Under the pieces are notes generated by a model, which was given only the letters and a program-made list of their open reading frames with translations, was not told where the DNA came from and ran no database searches. DNA of 64,000 nucleotides from assembly GCA_963765895.1 (NCBI GenBank), contig CAVXZB010000087.1, positions 66,880 to 130,879 on the forward strand, given 5' to 3'. The position numbers were made by a program, and so were the translations under genes. Positions 10,729-21,623 of the stretch are shown one piece after another (the stretch's first letter is position 1; each line of letters opens with the position of its first letter). Source of the DNA: an uncultured Nitrososphaeraceae archaeon (GTDB taxonomy: Archaea; Thermoproteota; Nitrososphaeria; Nitrososphaerales; Nitrososphaeraceae).

Positions 10729-11860
10729 ATATAATAGCAATATGTGATTTAGGGGAATATATATTTTAAAATAAATATTCCTAGTATTGTAGTTCTTAAT
10801 TAGGCAGATAGAAATAAAGATGGTTTCTATCTTTTAACTTATCTAATTTTTTAAATGATTATGACAAAGATAGTTTAGTTTCAGTTTAACCAAAGATAAA
10901 TAATGACCGTTGAATTAAAAATAAATTGGTATAGTTATTAATGATGGGCTTGCTTATCATGTCCTATCACGTTTCTACTCATCGTTAGATGTTCATTTTA
11001 AAGCTTCAGCGATTAAAACGCCTCTGCCCTTTCTGAGGACACTAATTATCATCATCAGTCTTTAATCCATCTTAAATCCCAAAGGAAGCCATTTGATAGG
11101 CATAGGATAGTCTACGGAAGAAGGATTTAGTCATTCCAAGACTGCTTGTGCTAGATGTTGAATTATCAATTTCATTTGTAATCAAAGCGTTTAGGTTTGT
11201 TGCGGTATTGTTTACACCAGCTTTTTGCATTAAACCTATTGCACTATAGACTTAACTTACTATTGCTTTCTTTATGACGGGCAATTTTACTCTAATAACG
11301 CATTGCTACCCACTATGGTATAAGAGGTATGCGTAGTCGTTGTATCCGACAGAGAATTATGGTCGTGTTGTCATTACCTAAGTCCTTTTGGATTTAGCTG
11401 GGCAGAAACCGGAAGAACACCATTCAAATACGAGCAATCGTATCCATCCATAATCAATATAACTCCTAATGAAAACAGTCCATTTTTAACGGGTTATTGC
11501 AGTTCGTTAACCTTAGTGTTAAGATTGAGAAATTCATAGTAATAAGACTATCTAGCTAAACTTTTCTAACTAGTGACGGAGGTGGTTACTAGTCCTGATA
11601 ATTATGCTGAGGGGTAATTTTCCATTACTCGCTAGTCCGGCTTTACAATAGTTAGTTAATTGTACTAATGTGCTAGCCATTTGAGATAAAAGTCGACTTG
11701 AATTCAGGTTGGCACGAACCATTTATCATCATCATAGTTGACTTCTAAAAATATTATTTAGAATAGAATTAATTTCGACAGGCTGTAGGTTAGATAACAC
11801 TTCTACGAACTTTTCCAGACTAAACTGTGGTAACCTCTACTTAAATCGACTACAGGCCTT

Positions 11861-12746
11861 CTATCTCTGCACTATGGAGATCTTAATCAATTTCATTATA
11901 TCACCAAATGAAGCATCTTTCATAATAAAGGCATTAATTATCCTATCCCGATATTGCTGCGTTGTATCGAATGCTGAACCTCCAATCATAATTGGTAGTT
12001 TATTGTTATACGTGACATGAATTTGTTCAACCAGCCTTTCAGCGGCTTTGATATTTTCTGCAAGTGTTATAGAGATAAATACGATGTCTGGCTGTAGATT
12101 ATGGATATAGTTTACAATATAATCTGTAGGTATAGAAGTCGAAATATTGTATACCTTAAATCCATTATTTAAGAGAATCGACTCTATCATGTTACATGCT
12201 AAACCGTGTAGCTCACCATTTGGGGTACAAGTTACAGCTTTGTATTTGAATGATGTTTGAGCCACTCTAGTTCTTGTAACAATTTGTTCATTTATTATCT
12301 TAACCAGACTAATTACAGTATTAGTACCTAGCATGTTCAGTTGCGACATCTAATTGACCTTGCTGCCACAAGTTCCCAATTCGATACATTACAGGTTTTA
12401 GCAGCTTATCATAAAATTTAGTCAAGCCAAACAATTTGGAATATTTTTCGTAAAGATCCACAAGACCGTTAACGTTGCAATCGGTTAGCAGTACAAATAT
12501 TTCCTCTTGAATCGTCGAAATTAGTATTTTCCTTTCTTCTTGATCGGAGCTAAAAGCCGACAGGAAGGCCAGAACCTTTGCATCACCTCTATATTCTATT
12601 GGTATGTCCTCAATTGTTATCTGCGATGTCTTACCTAAATATTTTATAGTCTGTTGTATGGACATGTTTCTTTGTGGATCCCAAACGCTGTGTACTAGAT
12701 ATGCATAATTAATCCCTTTTACTTTCTTACTTCTGATATAAACCAT
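11861..12746 (-). CDS. Cobalamin-binding (CarH-like B12-binding_2 + B12-binding) protein, split by a 1-bp insertion near 12328
   Basis: LLKPVMYRIGNLW-QQGQLDVAT-EH (W-x9-EH), GELHGLA, IVFISIT, IMIGGSA. Removing one G joins the two ORFs (EHASTNT). Confidence 0.85.
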
Positions 12747-12862
12747 TTTAAATCAGGTATACTATAGCAGGATTTTGTTACCCTCATTATATAAATGAGA
12801 TTAGTGGTAAACCAAGACTTCTGGTGCCAAAAGTTACGATACATAATATTACAACAATCAGC

Positions 12863-13438
12863 TTATGGTTTTATTATAATATTGCTTTTAACTTTTATGA
12901 ATGTCCCTAACTCGGCCATTCTTCCAGAGACATAGCCAGTCAATATACCGTATATTAGATGGAATACAAGTGACCCGCCTATAATGACAGGATATAATCC
13001 ATTGAAATGACCAGCTATATTGTATATAAATTGATTAGGTGCTGATGATGTAAAGGTGTCAAGCCGTGGTTGTATGCCAAATGTTGCAAATGGAACAAAC
13101 AATACTATCCATAATGCCACACCAACTATCATTCCTTTAACAATACCTTCCTTTGAGCTGTATGGTGTCATCTTTGACCAGAAAACTGAAATTTGCCCAA
13201 ATACGTTTCCTGCAGCCATTCCAGTTATAACATGTAGAATAAAGCCAGTATACTGTGCTGTTACTGGATCACTAATTCCAAGTGATATCCCAATGACAGC
13301 AAAAAAAGTTCCTGGAACGGTGCCGGACATGATATCGACTATAACCAGTAGACCTGAAATGGCCCATGCACTGATAAAGCCTGCAATGGAGCAATACAGG
13401 ATAAATTTTCTTCGATCGTTTATTTCTGAAATTTCCAT
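12863..13438 (-). CDS. Membrane protein with two TM His motifs
   Basis: About 4 TM helices; GFILHVITG and FHLIYGILTG. Confidence 0.8.
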   Translation of the reverse strand: MEISEINDRRKFILYCSIAGFISAWAISGLLVIVDIMSGTVPGTFFAVIGISLGISDPVTAQYTGFILHVITGMAAGNVFGQISVFWSKMTPYSSKEGIVKGMIVGVALWIVLFVPFATFGIQPRLDTFTSSAPNQFIYNIAGHFNGLYPVIIGGSLVFHLIYGILTGYVSGRMAELGTFIKVKSNIIIKP

Positions 13439-13460
13439 GTTTCTTTGTTAGGATATCTGA

Positions 13461-13501
13461 TATATAAACAAGTGCCTAAATACTGTTATAGTGCCTAACT
13501 A
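13461..13501 (-). promoter_or_regulatory. TATA box plus tandem GTGCCTAA operator half-sites
   Basis: TTTATATA on the minus strand (13461-13468), about 23 nt before the ATG at 13438; GTGCCTAA at 13472 and 13491. Confidence 0.55.
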
Positions 13502-13505
13502 AATG

Positions 13506-14946
13506 TCAAATGCCGTTCATTCTTATTTTATGATAGACATTATGCGATGCTGCTACAACCGATAAGGCTATACCTGCACCAACAAAATTTCGCAAAGTCA
13601 TTAGTAGATTAGGAGATGTGGCGATCAAAGATTTACCAGAAACAGTATATACATTATCAACAAGCCAGAATGTGAGAGTTATCCATCCGATCACACCTGC
13701 AGTAATAGCTCCAAGTCTTGTTCCAGAAGAAACGAAAAATAGGGAAAAGGCTATAGAGAAATACCACAATCCACTTACAAGTAGCCAGCCAATCTCAAAT
13801 ACTTCTGGTCTTGCATCCAACATATAGTAAGTAGAACCTACAGCTGCCATTGCTAACAATGAGACAATGAGAACTTTGTTATTTAGAGAATGTGTAGTTC
13901 GCTGCCGTTCAGTATTCTTTTTTTTTACATGTTCTTCTTCTTCAACAGCCTTTATTGCTTCTTCAAAGGTTTTTAATCTAAGAGGAATTAATTTTTTTAT
14001 TGCATCATCTTTTACGGTTGCCTCATGTTTTAGGCTATCTATTAGTGGTCTTGCTAATGAGGCCTTTACTGGAGTAATAAGGTCAACCCAGTAAGAAGAC
14101 AATCTTGGAGTAAGAAATGGTATTATTATTATTTTTATAGATTTGTTTATCATTTTTGCATAACGTTTCATCATCTGAATGTAGGTGAGAACCTCTGTAC
14201 CGCCGATATCAAAATCCCTACCTTCAGTATCACTTACGTCGATAGCTTTAACCAAATATTCAACTACATCGTCCACTGATATTGGTTGTGATTTAGTCAA
14301 AACCCACTTTGGGCATACCATCAGAGGCAATCTTTTAACCAGATATTCTAACATTTGGAAAGAGCCGCCACCCTGACCTAAAATGACTGCAGCACGGAAG
14401 ATCGTAACTCTTGCAGAAGATGTTCTTAATATGTCACCGACTTCTTTCCTACTACGCATATGATCAGATATCTTATTACACTCTTCCCCGTTCTCTTCAG
14501 GAATGAGTCCTCCTAAATATATGATCCTATCAACTCCACACTCAGTAGCAGCCTTTGCGAAATTCTCTGCTGCCCTTTCGATCTCTTTCTGAAAATTTTT
14601 TCCATTCTCTAGAAGAGCCTTCCATTGAATGGATAAGATAAAATGCGATAGTCACCCCGGTCATTGCCTTCAGAAGCTGAGGATAATCATTTACATCTGC
14701 TGCGATTGTTTTAAAAGCATCCTTATACTGTTCATATCTCCCTCTCAAAGAATCGATATTGCGAGTCAAACATAATATTTCGTAACTATTGCTAGATAAA
14801 TGAGAAGGGAAAGTAGAAGACGACAGTAATTTGGAGACTACCCTACTACCGATAAAGCCGCTTGCACCAGTTACGAGTACTTTAATCTTAGTTTCCTTTT
14901 TCTTTTCATCAAAATTATGGTTATACGATTTTTCATATTTTTGCAT
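13506..14946 (-). CDS. YbjT-like atypical SDR/NAD-dependent epimerase with C-terminal TM domain, split by a 1-bp insertion near 14573
   Basis: VTGASGFIG, FYLIHSM, IIYLGG (bridging frame), FRAAVILGQGGGSF, LIDSLKHE. Confidence 0.88.
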
Positions 14947-14968
14947 AATTATTAATTACCTATGTCGC

Positions 14969-15317
14969 TTAGATATCTCTAGGGTTAACTTGCAAGGTCA
15001 TCTCTACAAGAAGCTCATGCGTAAGGGCTAGGATGACATTATCTTGGCTGAGATAAACCTCTGTAAGGTTTCCTTGTCCGACTTTTATTTCAGAAGTTAC
15101 TATGATTTCGTTACTATGATTGTCTATCGAGCAGCCAAATAAAACCGACGCTCTACTCGATGGTTCAATATTAAAAGAGTCTTTTGGAGGAGCTAGCAAT
15201 TGTTTTGTTGCCTGCCGAATATTAATAGAATAAGTCTTATCGTACATAATAGCTGTTCCTATAAGATTCGGCCAGGCTTAAATCCAAAAACAAATTAATT
15301 TCCTGTTTTAATTCCAT
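14969..15317 (-). CDS. Small hypothetical protein (start probably 15317, frameshift near 15260)
   Basis: ATG about 22 nt from a TATA box; deleting one G gives MELKQEINLFLDLSLAESYRTAI joined to the ORF-track MYDKTYS. Confidence 0.55.
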
Positions 15318-15338
15318 GCTATAGTATTGGATTCCAAG

Positions 15339-15376
15339 TATTTAAATAATGCCAAAACTGCTGCATAGTGCTAACT
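15339..15376 (-). promoter_or_regulatory. TATA box plus TGCC/TGCT half-sites, same layout as 13461-13501
   Basis: TATTTAAATAATGCCAAAACTGCTGCATAGTGCTAACT; half-sites 19 bp apart. Confidence 0.5.
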
Positions 15377-15750
15377 TTACCATATCATCAATATCATTAT
15401 TAAAGAGCAAATCTATTATAAGTAGTCCGGTAAATGCAGTATCACCCTACTCCAGTCACAAATGCGGATTTTAAAGTTATTAGGAAAGTTTATCAAGGCC
15501 CACAATATTTTCGCTTCATAACTTTAATCAAAATCAATGTTTGGACAGGAATTTGTAAACTTTTACCTACCTATCATGCTCACGTATCAAGCCAATGGTT
15601 TTTCTCAAAATGGAATATAAATTTCGTTTTCCATTTTTAGAAGAAGTATTACGATATACCCTTGGAATGAGTATTTCATAACTATATGAGTATAGCAAAT
15701 AATCTGTTATTATTACATCCATCCATAATAATAATACATCATTTGACCGA

Positions 15751-15774
15751 AGATAGATAGATAGATAGATAGAT
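15751..15774. repeat. (AGAT)6 microsatellite
   Basis: agatagatagatagatagatagat, intergenic. Confidence 0.9.
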
Positions 15775-16091
15775 ACAGAAGCATCGGAGTCATTAATATT
15801 AATATTATATCATTAAGCTTCTAAAGCTGGACTAACTAGGGTTTTCAGACTCATCGTCCAATAACAAATATTATCCTGTTTTTCATGTCTTGTTCATTCT
15901 ATTATTGCCACTACTATCTGCCTTTTACCAACTCTGAACTACTTGCTATGTAATATAGACTGATTATCATCAGAGGTAACGGTTCATAGATTGAATCTTT
16001 CAATTCTCTACTATTGTAAATATATTAAGATGTCAATTCGCAAGCCGCCGGCTGGCGGTAATTTTTTCACGAATCTGGCACCATAGTTCTT

Positions 16092-16592
16092 TTATAAAAT
16101 GTTAATGAACACAATTTCCACTAGGCCTAGCACCAGGCCATATACTAAATGTCCGCTCAAACTTGCTAACGCCGGGAGATGACCAAGAGGATGATTCCAG
16201 GGAGGAAATCCTGTGATGGGCTTGTGTATAGGCACAAGAGTAACGATCCATAAGAGAATCCCGTAAAATATGCCAAATAAACAATATGATAGATTAGCAA
16301 GAGAGAAAGATGATGATGATATGAATGATGTAATGTATGGGAATGCAATTCCGGCAAGAGCTCCGTTTAAAAAATGGAGGAAAAAGATTCCCTTAAAATG
16401 GCTTTCAACCCCAATATCTATTGTATTTGAGAAATGAAGAAACTGTCGCAAACGTTTTATTATGATATAGTTTTCATGCCATTCAAAGACACCGTGAATA
16501 CCCCATCTTTTCCATGATGGCATTTCAGTTATAGTCATGACAGCCGTAGATAAAATTCCCGCCACCAAACCAATGATAAAAAGACATGGCAT
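16092..16592 (-). CDS. Membrane protein (DUF6789/DUF1440-like pattern)
   Basis: GLVAGILSTAVMT, LHFLNG and GHLVYGLVLG; same His pattern as 12863-13438. Confidence 0.78.
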   Translation of the reverse strand: MPCLFIIGLVAGILSTAVMTITEMPSWKRWGIHGVFEWHENYIIIKRLRQFLHFSNTIDIGVESHFKGIFFLHFLNGALAGIAFPYITSFISSSSFSLANLSYCLFGIFYGILLWIVTLVPIHKPITGFPPWNHPLGHLPALASLSGHLVYGLVLGLVEIVFINIL

Positions 16593-16997
16593 TTTAGTAA
16601 CCCTTTTGCTTTGTAGTATACTCTATAGTTCCTAGCAGATATCTGGAACCAGTTAGATGCACTAAACTATGCACTAAAGTTAAGCTGCACATTTCCCCTT
16701 TAATAGTTATCTCCATATAAAGATAGTTAGGCACTATGATACGTTAATAATTATAGTAGTCTCTAAAACTGACATTTCTTCATATATTCCTTGTGCACAT
16801 TAGATGTAAATCATTGTTTAGCGGTTATTTTAGAATTATTGTAGTTATTAGTTTTATTTTATTATAATAGAGTAATATAATAATATGTACACAAAGAGAG
16901 GACAAGAACGATGCAAAATTCCAATTTTTACCTGTTTGGATTGTTACTGGGTTTGAATATACCATCTTCACAAGTCATTGAAGTCTGGTCAAAAACT

Positions 16998-17165
16998 TTA
17001 TTTTTTTGTACCAAATAGTTCGGCGTTCCTACAATCTGAATGAATTTTTTCCTCGGTTGTGTAATCACAAGCACTGCATTTAAAGACCAAGGGTTGCCGA
17101 CAGAGTTCACAATATGAGCTTGGTTTAAGATCTGAGCCACATTTAATACAAAGAGTTTCGCTCAT
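16998..17165 (-). CDS. Small double zinc-ribbon protein
   Basis: CIKC, CELC, CSAC and HSDC in 55 aa. Confidence 0.75.
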   Translation of the reverse strand: MSETLCIKCGSDLKPSSYCELCRQPLVFKCSACDYTTEEKIHSDCRNAELFGTKK

Positions 17166-17831
17166 ATTATGAAGGAGCATGACATGATTTATAAGAATTT
17201 ATAGAACTGCCTCAATAGAGCTTATTCTTCAAGTTATAGGTCAAGAGATTTCATAAGCTTAATGAAGATTTACGGTAGAGGCAATTAAACCTAACCCTTA
17301 AAATTTGTTAACTTTTAGATTTTCAGATATATTATTAATGATCTTATAGCACTGGATTTTAAATTTATTAATTATATAGAGTCTAAATTCAATACTATGA
17401 AAGCATATGTGCACTGATATGATCATCATAATCTGAAGTTAAGCCTAATAATCTTCAAACAACTGCAGCATTACCCCTTTAGGTTTCTGCCTTATAATGA
17501 AAAGGATGATAAGACAGTAATCGTTTCCGTTCGAATGCTATAGGATTTAATAACCTTAAGAAAGATATTTGCAATATTGAATCTCTGAATTAAATCCTTT
17601 CTCAGCCTAGAGTTTTATTAACGAATTGTATTTCTATCACGGAATTTAGAAGTTGTTTGAATGATACTATGTATACGTAATCATCGGTGGTTTTGCGCTA
17701 GTTTTTGTTTAATGGTCTTTCTATTTTTTAATTATTGTATAAACGTGTCAAAAAATCAAACAATTGACTTGAGCCCAAGAATATGTGAATCTAAAAAATT
17801 ATAAATGAGATGGATATACAGTCTGTTCACG

Positions 17832-18053
17832 ATGTTCGACAAACATACTACAGCACTATACGCAATAATTATTTCGTCCATAGTCATCGCATCGGTATTC
17901 GCCATGGGCTTTATACCACAACAAGCATCAGCACAGGGTAACCAGACTACCGGAGGCAGTGGTAATGGTAACCAAACTAGCAGCAATTCCACTAGCGGCA
18001 GCGCAGCACCAGGCGGTAGCACAACTGGTACTAGCAGCGGTAATGGTTATTAA
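17832..18053 (+). CDS. Small secreted Gly/Ser/Thr/Asn-rich peptide
   Basis: Signal peptide ending QQASA|Q, then a low-complexity tail. Confidence 0.7.
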   Translation: MFDKHTTALYAIIISSIVIASVFAMGFIPQQASAQGNQTTGGSGNGNQTSSNSTSGSAAPGGSTTGTSSGNGY

Positions 18054-18367
18054 CCAAATTCGCGGCAACGTGACTTCATAAAATTAGCGCACAGTAGGAA
18101 AAAAGATATCATCTCAAGTGACCTCACCTTTTATTTTTGTCACTATGATCTAGAGACTATATAGCAATAATATTTATAATCGATATCGAAAAGAAAAGAA
18201 AGATAACAATTCATACTTTATTTCCAACTTCCCCTCAAGTGCATTTTAATATGAGTAGTAATTTGAAAGCTGCATGGAAAAAGATAGCTGCGTATTGATG
18301 ATCCCTCTCCCCCTAATAGGTGAGTTATTCCTTAAATGATCTAAAGCATTCCTCCTATTGAGTAATT

Positions 18368-18619
18368 ATGAGCCTCTTCCCATATGAAGACATTCTTACT
18401 AAAGAGATAGACTCATGGAAGTGTTTTGCAAACATCCTGTCCTCCTCTAATGATAAAGAATTATTCATGAAAATGTTAAATGATTGTTACGAATATGCCA
18501 GTGCTGTCAACGCTAAGGGTGAGCCTTTCCCTAGCGAGCCCCTGATTATGGCATTGCTGTTATCGCAACATAAGATCATTGAATGGTTAACCGAAAAAAT
18601 ATCTAAACGTGTAGGTTAA
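18368..18619 (+). CDS. Small helical protein resembling the PolB2-associated family (arCOG07300-like)
   Basis: EIDSWKCF...DKELF...YASA...PFPSEPLIMALLLSQHK pattern. Confidence 0.65.
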   Translation: MSLFPYEDILTKEIDSWKCFANILSSSNDKELFMKMLNDCYEYASAVNAKGEPFPSEPLIMALLLSQHKIIEWLTEKISKRVG

Positions 18620-19129
18620 CCAGAGAAACAGATCCTAGGCAGATTTGATAGTATTTATCATCAAATGATAAATCTGATCCTGTGCATAGATAATGCGGAG
18701 GATAGTCGGTCCTCATAAAATACGGAATGCAATAAATACCTGCAATCGTCAATTATCGTTTTTAGATTTTCTTAATCTGGAGGGTCGGAAATCTGCAATG
18801 TTCGAATTGGGCGATCTTAAACAAAAGGTGGGGATATTCATTAAATGTATCTACTAAGAAGACAGAATCGGCGGCTTTTCTTGCTCATTCTACCCGTGGA
18901 ATCATTAGTCCTCGTGATATGATATCTACCAAGATCTCAATGATAGCGGAGGGGATAACAGAACTTATTCGTAGTTTTATAGGGTAACCAAGCAATTTCG
19001 AAACTGGTATGGTAGTGCGGACATCACGTTATATTCACTACCTTGAAAATTGTTTGCAGTCAACTCATTCCGGCCACCGTCGAGGTACTAGTATATTGTA
19101 AACTATTGTCGTAGATATGCCAGATATAG

Positions 19130-19960
19130 TTATCCAGCTGATGCAGATGCTCCACCGCCACCTGCTGATGCTGATGCAGATGCTCCACCGCCACCTGCTG
19201 ATGCTGATGCAGATGCCCCATGGTGACCACTACTGGAATGGTCGCTACTATGATGGTTATTACTGTGGTTTGATGAAGACTTATGTCCACTGTCAGAATG
19301 ACTTCCTCCATTGTGGCTGTTGTCGTTGCTGCCTATGACTTCCTCCATTGTGGCTGTTGTCGTTGCTGCCTATGACTTCCTCCATTGTGGCTGTTGTCGT
19401 TGCTGCTATGACTTCCTCCATTGTGGCTGTTGTCGTTGCTGCTATGACCTCCATCATTTGTACTTGTATGCTCATTGCCGCCAGTCAAAGATGATTCATG
19501 GTCACCAGAAAAGATATTATCAGGTACTACTGGGGGGACCTTCTGAACTTGCAGGGGCAATGGGCTGATAGTGTGTAAGTGATATAGGTTGAACTACACT
19601 AGAAGGATTAGTTGAGTTAACCATATTTGTTATCGATGTCGGGAAACTGTTTATACTTGCTTCGTTGGAACTGCCTGTATAATAATGATTGGCAGGAGTT
19701 ATAGGTTGATAATGTACCAGTGAACTTGGTTGGATCTCGCCAGAAGCCAAATTGGTCTGATTATCGAGCACCTTGGATGGTTCGAAAGCTCGGTGATCTC
19801 CTCTATAATTCGGTAGCACAGGGTCCTGCTGGGCAAAGGCAAATTTATTGAAATTGAGAGATGTGGGATTCATGTTTAAAGACAAGCTAAGAGATATCGA
19901 AGAGACTAGTGATAATGCAATTATGACGAGCTTCAATTTGGTACTATAGTTTGAGTACAT
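19130..19960 (-). CDS. Secreted His/Ser/Gly-rich repeat protein (three 1-bp insertions)
   Basis: Signal ending FAFA|Q; two HYQPI motifs; SSNDNSHNGGSH repeats; ASASAGGGG tail. Frameshifts at the G6 run near 19535 and in two repeat copies. Confidence 0.75.
19137..19216. repeat. 33-bp coding tandem repeat (about 2.4 copies)
   Basis: GCTGATGCAGATGCTCCACCGCCACCTGCTGAT units encoding ASASAGGGGAS. Confidence 0.85.
19298..19443. repeat. 36-bp coding tandem repeat x4
   Basis: ATGACTTCCTCCATTGTGGCTGTTGTCGTTGCTGC(C)T starting at 19298, 19335, 19372 and 19408, with no spacers. Confidence 0.95.
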
Positions 19961-20423
19961 ACAATATTCCTCTATAACTATCGAATGCTTACAAGTATAA
20001 AAATAATCAGTACTTAGAATCTAGAAAAAACATCCTTTTATACCACTGACGCCTGGGCGTGATTAATTCATCACGAGAGTCTAAGCATGTTACTTCATAA
20101 GGAGAAAGAAGTTATAGAACATTTAGAATATTAGAATTGAGAATGCATCTAACCCTCTCATCTTAGACACTTACACTTCGTTAATTCAGCAAATTTGGGT
20201 ACTAGATTTGATAACGCTATTGTGTATGGATATAAATAGGCTAGACCATTTACGAATATGCATAAAATTGAGTAAACCATCTATAATATAACTTGATACA
20301 TTGGTAGGAGCCAATTTCTTAATTGCTCAAGGTATATGATAAAATATCTTATTAAATCCCGCAACTTCTTGGATCAATTGGCAGCATCTTCACAATTTGC
20401 CACCTTATATAACTTCATAAAAT

Positions 20424-20700
20424 ATGGAAAAGTATATCCTATCATCATCATCATCATAATCATAATCATAATCATAATCATAATGAATTAAATATAGATC
20501 AATTTACGAGGCAAGCAATTCCATTCACAAAGCTGCCAATTATATTAAGGATACATTTGAAAACTCCTCTCAATCATCTAAGTTAACGGAAATGATGTCA
20601 TGCTCGATGTAGCTTATGGCCCTGGCCTGATCTCAATTGAGTTCGCAAAAATATCTAAATAAGTAAGTGGAGTAGATATTACTCCTTCAATAAAGTGTTA
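20424..20700 (+). pseudogene. Degraded class I SAM methyltransferase
   Basis: Manual translation gives HHHHNHNHNHNHNELNIDQFTRQAIPF...MLDVAYGPG...K*VSGVDITP, with an in-frame stop, frameshifts and truncation. Confidence 0.7.
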
Positions 20701-21352
20701 AGTGATATTATTAGACAAGAGCAGGATCGCGAAATACATCTGAAAGGCTCTCTTGGTTACAATAATTTAAAATAGCCAATCCCCCAATATGAAAGGCAGA
20801 TTATTTTTCATGCTGCTTCCTCCATTATTTGCTATCAGATCATATTGCAACTGCAAAAAAACGCCCTGATACTGCTGATGAATAAAAACAACAACAGAAT
20901 ATTATTATTACTATTGTTATGACAAGAATAGAATTAAGATGCCAGCAGAAACAACGATCCCAATAAGAAGACAATCCAATGAGTCGATGAATCTGAATAA
21001 TAGCCTGCATAGCAAACCTTCTTATTTTAACAAGTTCTACATATATATTATATATTAAAAAGAATCTGATTTAATTATAGATTTAATATAACTAAAAATA
21101 AAAATGGATTTTATAATCAAGTTCTTTCTAGAATGGTACCTGTGATAGTATCTGTAAATTTCTATAATGTCGTAAATAAGGTATGGAATTGAGGAAAGTC
21201 CCAAGATAATAATCTTCTGCCAGCCATTCTACAATTTACGGTAACTCACCCTTTTATGAGATAATAACTAGAACAAATGCTGCCAGACTATGAAAGGGGA
21301 TCGCACTTATTAGGTGGGATATTAGCATCCTGTCATTCTTCAGGATATATAA

Positions 21353-21381
21353 CAAAGTAAGTCAAAGTTTGACTTACTTTG
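21353..21381. repeat. 29-bp palindrome with perfect 14-bp arms
   Basis: CAAAGTAAGTCAAA-G-TTTGACTTACTTTG. Confidence 0.85.
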
Positions 21382-21623
21382 AATCTTTTCACCACACGAA
21401 TGGTATGGCCATATTACATAGCTTTTTATCTTATTAAAAAATATATGTTTCGACATAGATTTATAGAATAAGTTAGAGTTTACTTAACTAAAATAGTTCA
21501 CTGATCAAATAATATCATAATTATGGTAACTTATCCTAGCTCAAGAAATCTTCCAATCAATAATATCCTTTTGTCCTAATAATATCAACGCATCTATTAT
21601 GCAAAATGTAGATTCCCAGGTAT

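Noticed and set aside
15751-15774. (AGAT)6 as a phase-variation switch
   Set aside because: Intergenic and not in an evident promoter or ORF.
3610-18674. 15-bp inverted match GATTTATCATTTGAT (3610 and 18660)
   Set aside because: AT-rich, with no target duplication or other sign of an element boundary.
19298-19443. 36/37-bp repeats resembling CRISPR repeat length
   Set aside because: Head-to-tail with no spacers, they encode a peptide repeat, and there are no cas genes.
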